Of a DNA stretch of 19,580 nt, positions 17,318-19,580 are shown one piece after another. Source of the stretch: Pseudomonadota bacterium (GTDB lineage Bacteria > Bdellovibrionota > FAC87 > UBA2466); the NCBI GenBank assembly GCA_043767805.1, contig JAYUGC010000001.1:1-19580 (forward strand), given 5' to 3'. A model generated the notes under the pieces. It ran no database searches, was not told the DNA's origin, and saw only the letters and a list, made by a program, of their open reading frames with translations. The position numbers and the translations under genes were made by a program. The first letter of the stretch is position 1; each line of letters opens with the position of its first letter.

Positions 17318-17670
17318 AATCGGTCAGAGATTTTCAAGGGGTGTTTTTCCACCGAGAGCCAGTGGACATGCGCAAAGCGATAAATGGCCTCTCGCAGTTG
17401 GTGGAGTCGGCCCGGATGGGGGAGATGATGGGCCCCAACCTATTTGTGTTCTCGAATCGACGCCGGGAACTGATAAAGGTTTTGTATTTTGATAGATCGG
17501 GCTTCGCACTGTGGATGAAGCGGTTGGAGAAGGACAAGTTTCCCTGGCCAAAGAAGCACGAATCAACGGTGGTGAGTTTAAGTCCTGAACAATTTGAATG
17601 GCTCCTCGACGGTTACGATGTTTGGAAGATGAAACCGTTCGAAAAGTTGAGTTATGCTCGTCTAAGTTAG
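17314..17670 (+). CDS. tnpB: IS66 accessory protein TnpB
   Basis: ATG 17314 (ATGA overlap); PVDMRKAINGL, LFVFSNRRRELIKVLYFDRSGFALWMKRLEKDKFPWP, WLLDG. Confidence 0.95.
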   Translation: MKSVRDFQGVFFHREPVDMRKAINGLSQLVESARMGEMMGPNLFVFSNRRRELIKVLYFDRSGFALWMKRLEKDKFPWPKKHESTVVSLSPEQFEWLLDGYDVWKMKPFEKLSYARLS

Positions 17671-17707
17671 TGACACCGATCTGCTTTTTGTTAGAGTGCG
17701 TCTGTCG

Positions 17708-19240
17708 ATGAAAGCAGCCGCCAATTTATTTTCTGACGCCGAATCGCTTCACATTGAAATCCAAAGTCTCAAATCGCTCGTTGAGCAGAGCGAGCAGCGA
17801 ATTGTTTTGTACGAAGAAGAGAACTCCAATCTCTACGAGATCATTCGCAAGCTAAAAAAAGAGGCTTTTGGTCCCCGCCGGGAGCGTTGGGAGAGCGCGG
17901 AGCAGGTGCTCCTTTTCAACGAAGCGGAAAGTTGCGCTGAAGCGGCGCCCGCTGAATCCGAAGTCGTAGTCCCCGCTCATACGCGTAAGCGCGGAAAAAG
18001 AAAGCCGTTGCCGCGGAATCTCCCGCGCGAGGTGGTGGTTATCGATTTGCCCGAAGCCGAAAAAGTTGCCCCAGACGGAAGTCCCTTGCGGATGATGGGC
18101 GATGAGGTTTCCGAAAAGCTCGTGTATGAACCCGCAGTGATGAAGGTCATCGAGTATCACCGGCTAAAGTACGGCGGAGCCGAAGGGGCGGACACGGTGA
18201 AGATCGCGCCTTGCCCGCCTTGCATCATCCCCAAGGGCATCGCGACCTCTTCACTTCTTTCTCAAATAGTGACGGCCAAATTTGCAGATGGGTTGCCTTT
18301 GTACCGGCAAGAAGAGCAGTTCGAAAGACTCGGCATCGACATCCATCGCTCCACAATGGGTCGATGGGTAATTCAAGCTAGCCAAACCTGCCAAGGGATC
18401 TGGAACGCGCTGGAAGAACGGCTAATGAAAGAGCGCTACGTGACTTGCGACGAGACGCCCGTACAGGTTCTAAAGGAAAAAGACCGAAAGGCTGAGAGCA
18501 AATCCTGGATGTGGGTCAGGGCTACGCCCGGAGCGGATAAGAAAATCGTTCTGTTTGACTACGACCCCTCTCGCTCTGGCGATGTTGCCAAGAAACTTTT
18601 CGCCGAATACCGAGGTTTTTTCCAGGTCGATGGCTACTGCGCCTACAACGCGCTTGAACAAAACGCCGAACTGATTCGCATCGGCTGCAATATGCACGGG
18701 CGCCGCAGGTTCTTCGATGCCGCCGAGGGCTCGACAAAAGGGCAGTCTCTCGCGAAAGAGGGACTCGACTACTACCAAAAACTCTACGAGATCGAAAAAA
18801 GAGCCAAAGGGCTTTCCGTTTCTGAACGCCACGCACTTCGCCAACAAGAAGCGGCCCCCTTGTGGGATGTAATGCACAAGTGGGCGCTCAAACACAACGC
18901 TTCGGTGCCACCGAAAAGTAAGATCGGAAAAGCGTTTCACTACTTTATTTCAGAGTACGAATACCTTCGGGGGTACCTCAAGGACGGTTGCCTCGAGATG
19001 GATAACGGATTCACCGAGCGAGCCATAAAATATTTCGCCATCGGCAGAAAAAACTGGATGTTCTCCGACACTGTCGCCGGGGCCAAATCCAGCAGCATCT
19101 TCTACAGCTTTGTCGTCACCGCAAAACTCAACGGAGTCGATCCCTACCAAGCGATGAAGAAAATATTCGACGAGGTCCCACTCGCGACAACCGTCGAGGA
19201 TTACGAGCGACTCTCCGAAATTTTGCTCGGGATCACCTAG
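17708..19240 (+). CDS. tnpC: IS66 DDE transposase TnpC
   Basis: Coiled-coil N-terminus with FGPRRE, RKPLPRNLPREVV, KFADGLPLYRQ, CDETPV, QVDGY, CNMHGRRRF, DNGFTERAIK, GRKNWMF, TAKLNGVDP; start is ATG 17708 or GTG 17696. Confidence 0.97.
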   Translation: MKAAANLFSDAESLHIEIQSLKSLVEQSEQRIVLYEEENSNLYEIIRKLKKEAFGPRRERWESAEQVLLFNEAESCAEAAPAESEVVVPAHTRKRGKRKPLPRNLPREVVVIDLPEAEKVAPDGSPLRMMGDEVSEKLVYEPAVMKVIEYHRLKYGGAEGADTVKIAPCPPCIIPKGIATSSLLSQIVTAKFADGLPLYRQEEQFERLGIDIHRSTMGRWVIQASQTCQGIWNALEERLMKERYVTCDETPVQVLKEKDRKAESKSWMWVRATPGADKKIVLFDYDPSRSGDVAKKLFAEYRGFFQVDGYCAYNALEQNAELIRIGCNMHGRRRFFDAAEGSTKGQSLAKEGLDYYQKLYEIEKRAKGLSVSERHALRQQEAAPLWDVMHKWALKHNASVPPKSKIGKAFHYFISEYEYLRGYLKDGCLEMDNGFTERAIKYFAIGRKNWMFSDTVAGAKSSSIFYSFVVTAKLNGVDPYQAMKKIFDEVPLATTVEDYERLSEILLGIT

Positions 19241-19260
19241 CCATTTCAAGAGAGAAACAA

Positions 19261-19527
19261 ATGCCCAACACCGAAAAAATCCTGATTACGAAATCCCAGT
19301 ATAACGCCCTGGTCGAAATCCGCGGCTTGCAACAAGACGCTCACTACATGGTGCTAGCCGCAAAGAAGGTCACACGCGGCTACGTGATCGAGGGCTCATC
19401 GGAAGTATTCGACCACCTTGCGCATGATCTTTCCGACGAGGTCCACTACGACCTTTCGCCCCAGTATCGGCTAAAGCATTTGCGCACGCTGTTGTCTCGG
19501 CTCCAACCAGATTCCGATTTTTATTGA
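19261..19527 (+). CDS. Hypothetical 88-aa protein carried inside the IS66 element
   Basis: ATG ORF 20 bp after the tnpC stop with a purine-rich leader (AAGAGAGAAACAA); stop 29 bp before the right inverted repeat; fills most of the tnpC-IRR interval. Confidence 0.65.
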   Translation: MPNTEKILITKSQYNALVEIRGLQQDAHYMVLAAKKVTRGYVIEGSSEVFDHLAHDLSDEVHYDLSPQYRLKHLRTLLSRLQPDSDFY

Positions 19528-19556
19528 TCGAGCCACTATCCAACGCGGTCGATTAC

Positions 19557-19580
19557 AAGGTGGGGTTGATGGAGCGTTCA
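19557..19580 (-). repeat. IS66 right terminal inverted repeat (last base beyond window)
   Basis: AAGGTGGGGTTGATGGAGCGTTCA, reverse complement of the left end with one mismatch. Confidence 0.9.

Larger units (their letters stand above)
16957..19580 (+). mobile_element. IS66-family insertion sequence (tnpA-tnpB-tnpC plus an extra ORF), essentially full length
   Basis: Left end GTGAACGCTCCACCAACCCCACCTT (16957-16981); 19557-19580 is the reverse complement of 16958-16981 with 1 mismatch in 24, so the window ends about 1 nt before the element end. Canonical three-gene IS66 layout inside. Confidence 0.95.

Noticed and set aside
17314..17670. TnpB as an RNA-guided nuclease (IS200/IS605 TnpB)
   Set aside because: Name coincidence; this is the small IS66 accessory protein with no RuvC motifs.

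Overview
GC-rich bacterial chromosomal window; its protein repertoire suggests a Gram-negative, Bdellovibrionota/deltaproteobacteria-like host (inference only). Left to right: the 5' end of an RNase G/E-family gene, an Sfp-type phosphopantetheinyl transferase, two divergently transcribed exported hypothetical proteins (one with a probable C-terminal outer-membrane beta-barrel), and a minus-strand purine operon purB-purC-purS-purQ-purL-purF led by a translationally coupled, secreted hypothetical protein. Next come an 815-aa lipoprotein, a patatin-fold lipoprotein with degenerate catalytic motifs, tlyA, and a membrane-anchored Cache-like sensor domain with no output domain. A ~190-bp nested palindrome with inverted heptamer repeats follows, then the 3' part of a GH43-like gene cut by an IS66-family element. 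The IS66 runs from 16957 to the window end, with both terminal inverted repeats visible, and carries tnpA/tnpB/tnpC plus an extra 88-aa ORF. The least explained elements are the palindrome, the IS66 cargo ORF, the stand-alone sensor domain, the pseudo-patatin and the secreted protein heading the pur operon. All product calls come from motif recognition by eye; no searches were run.
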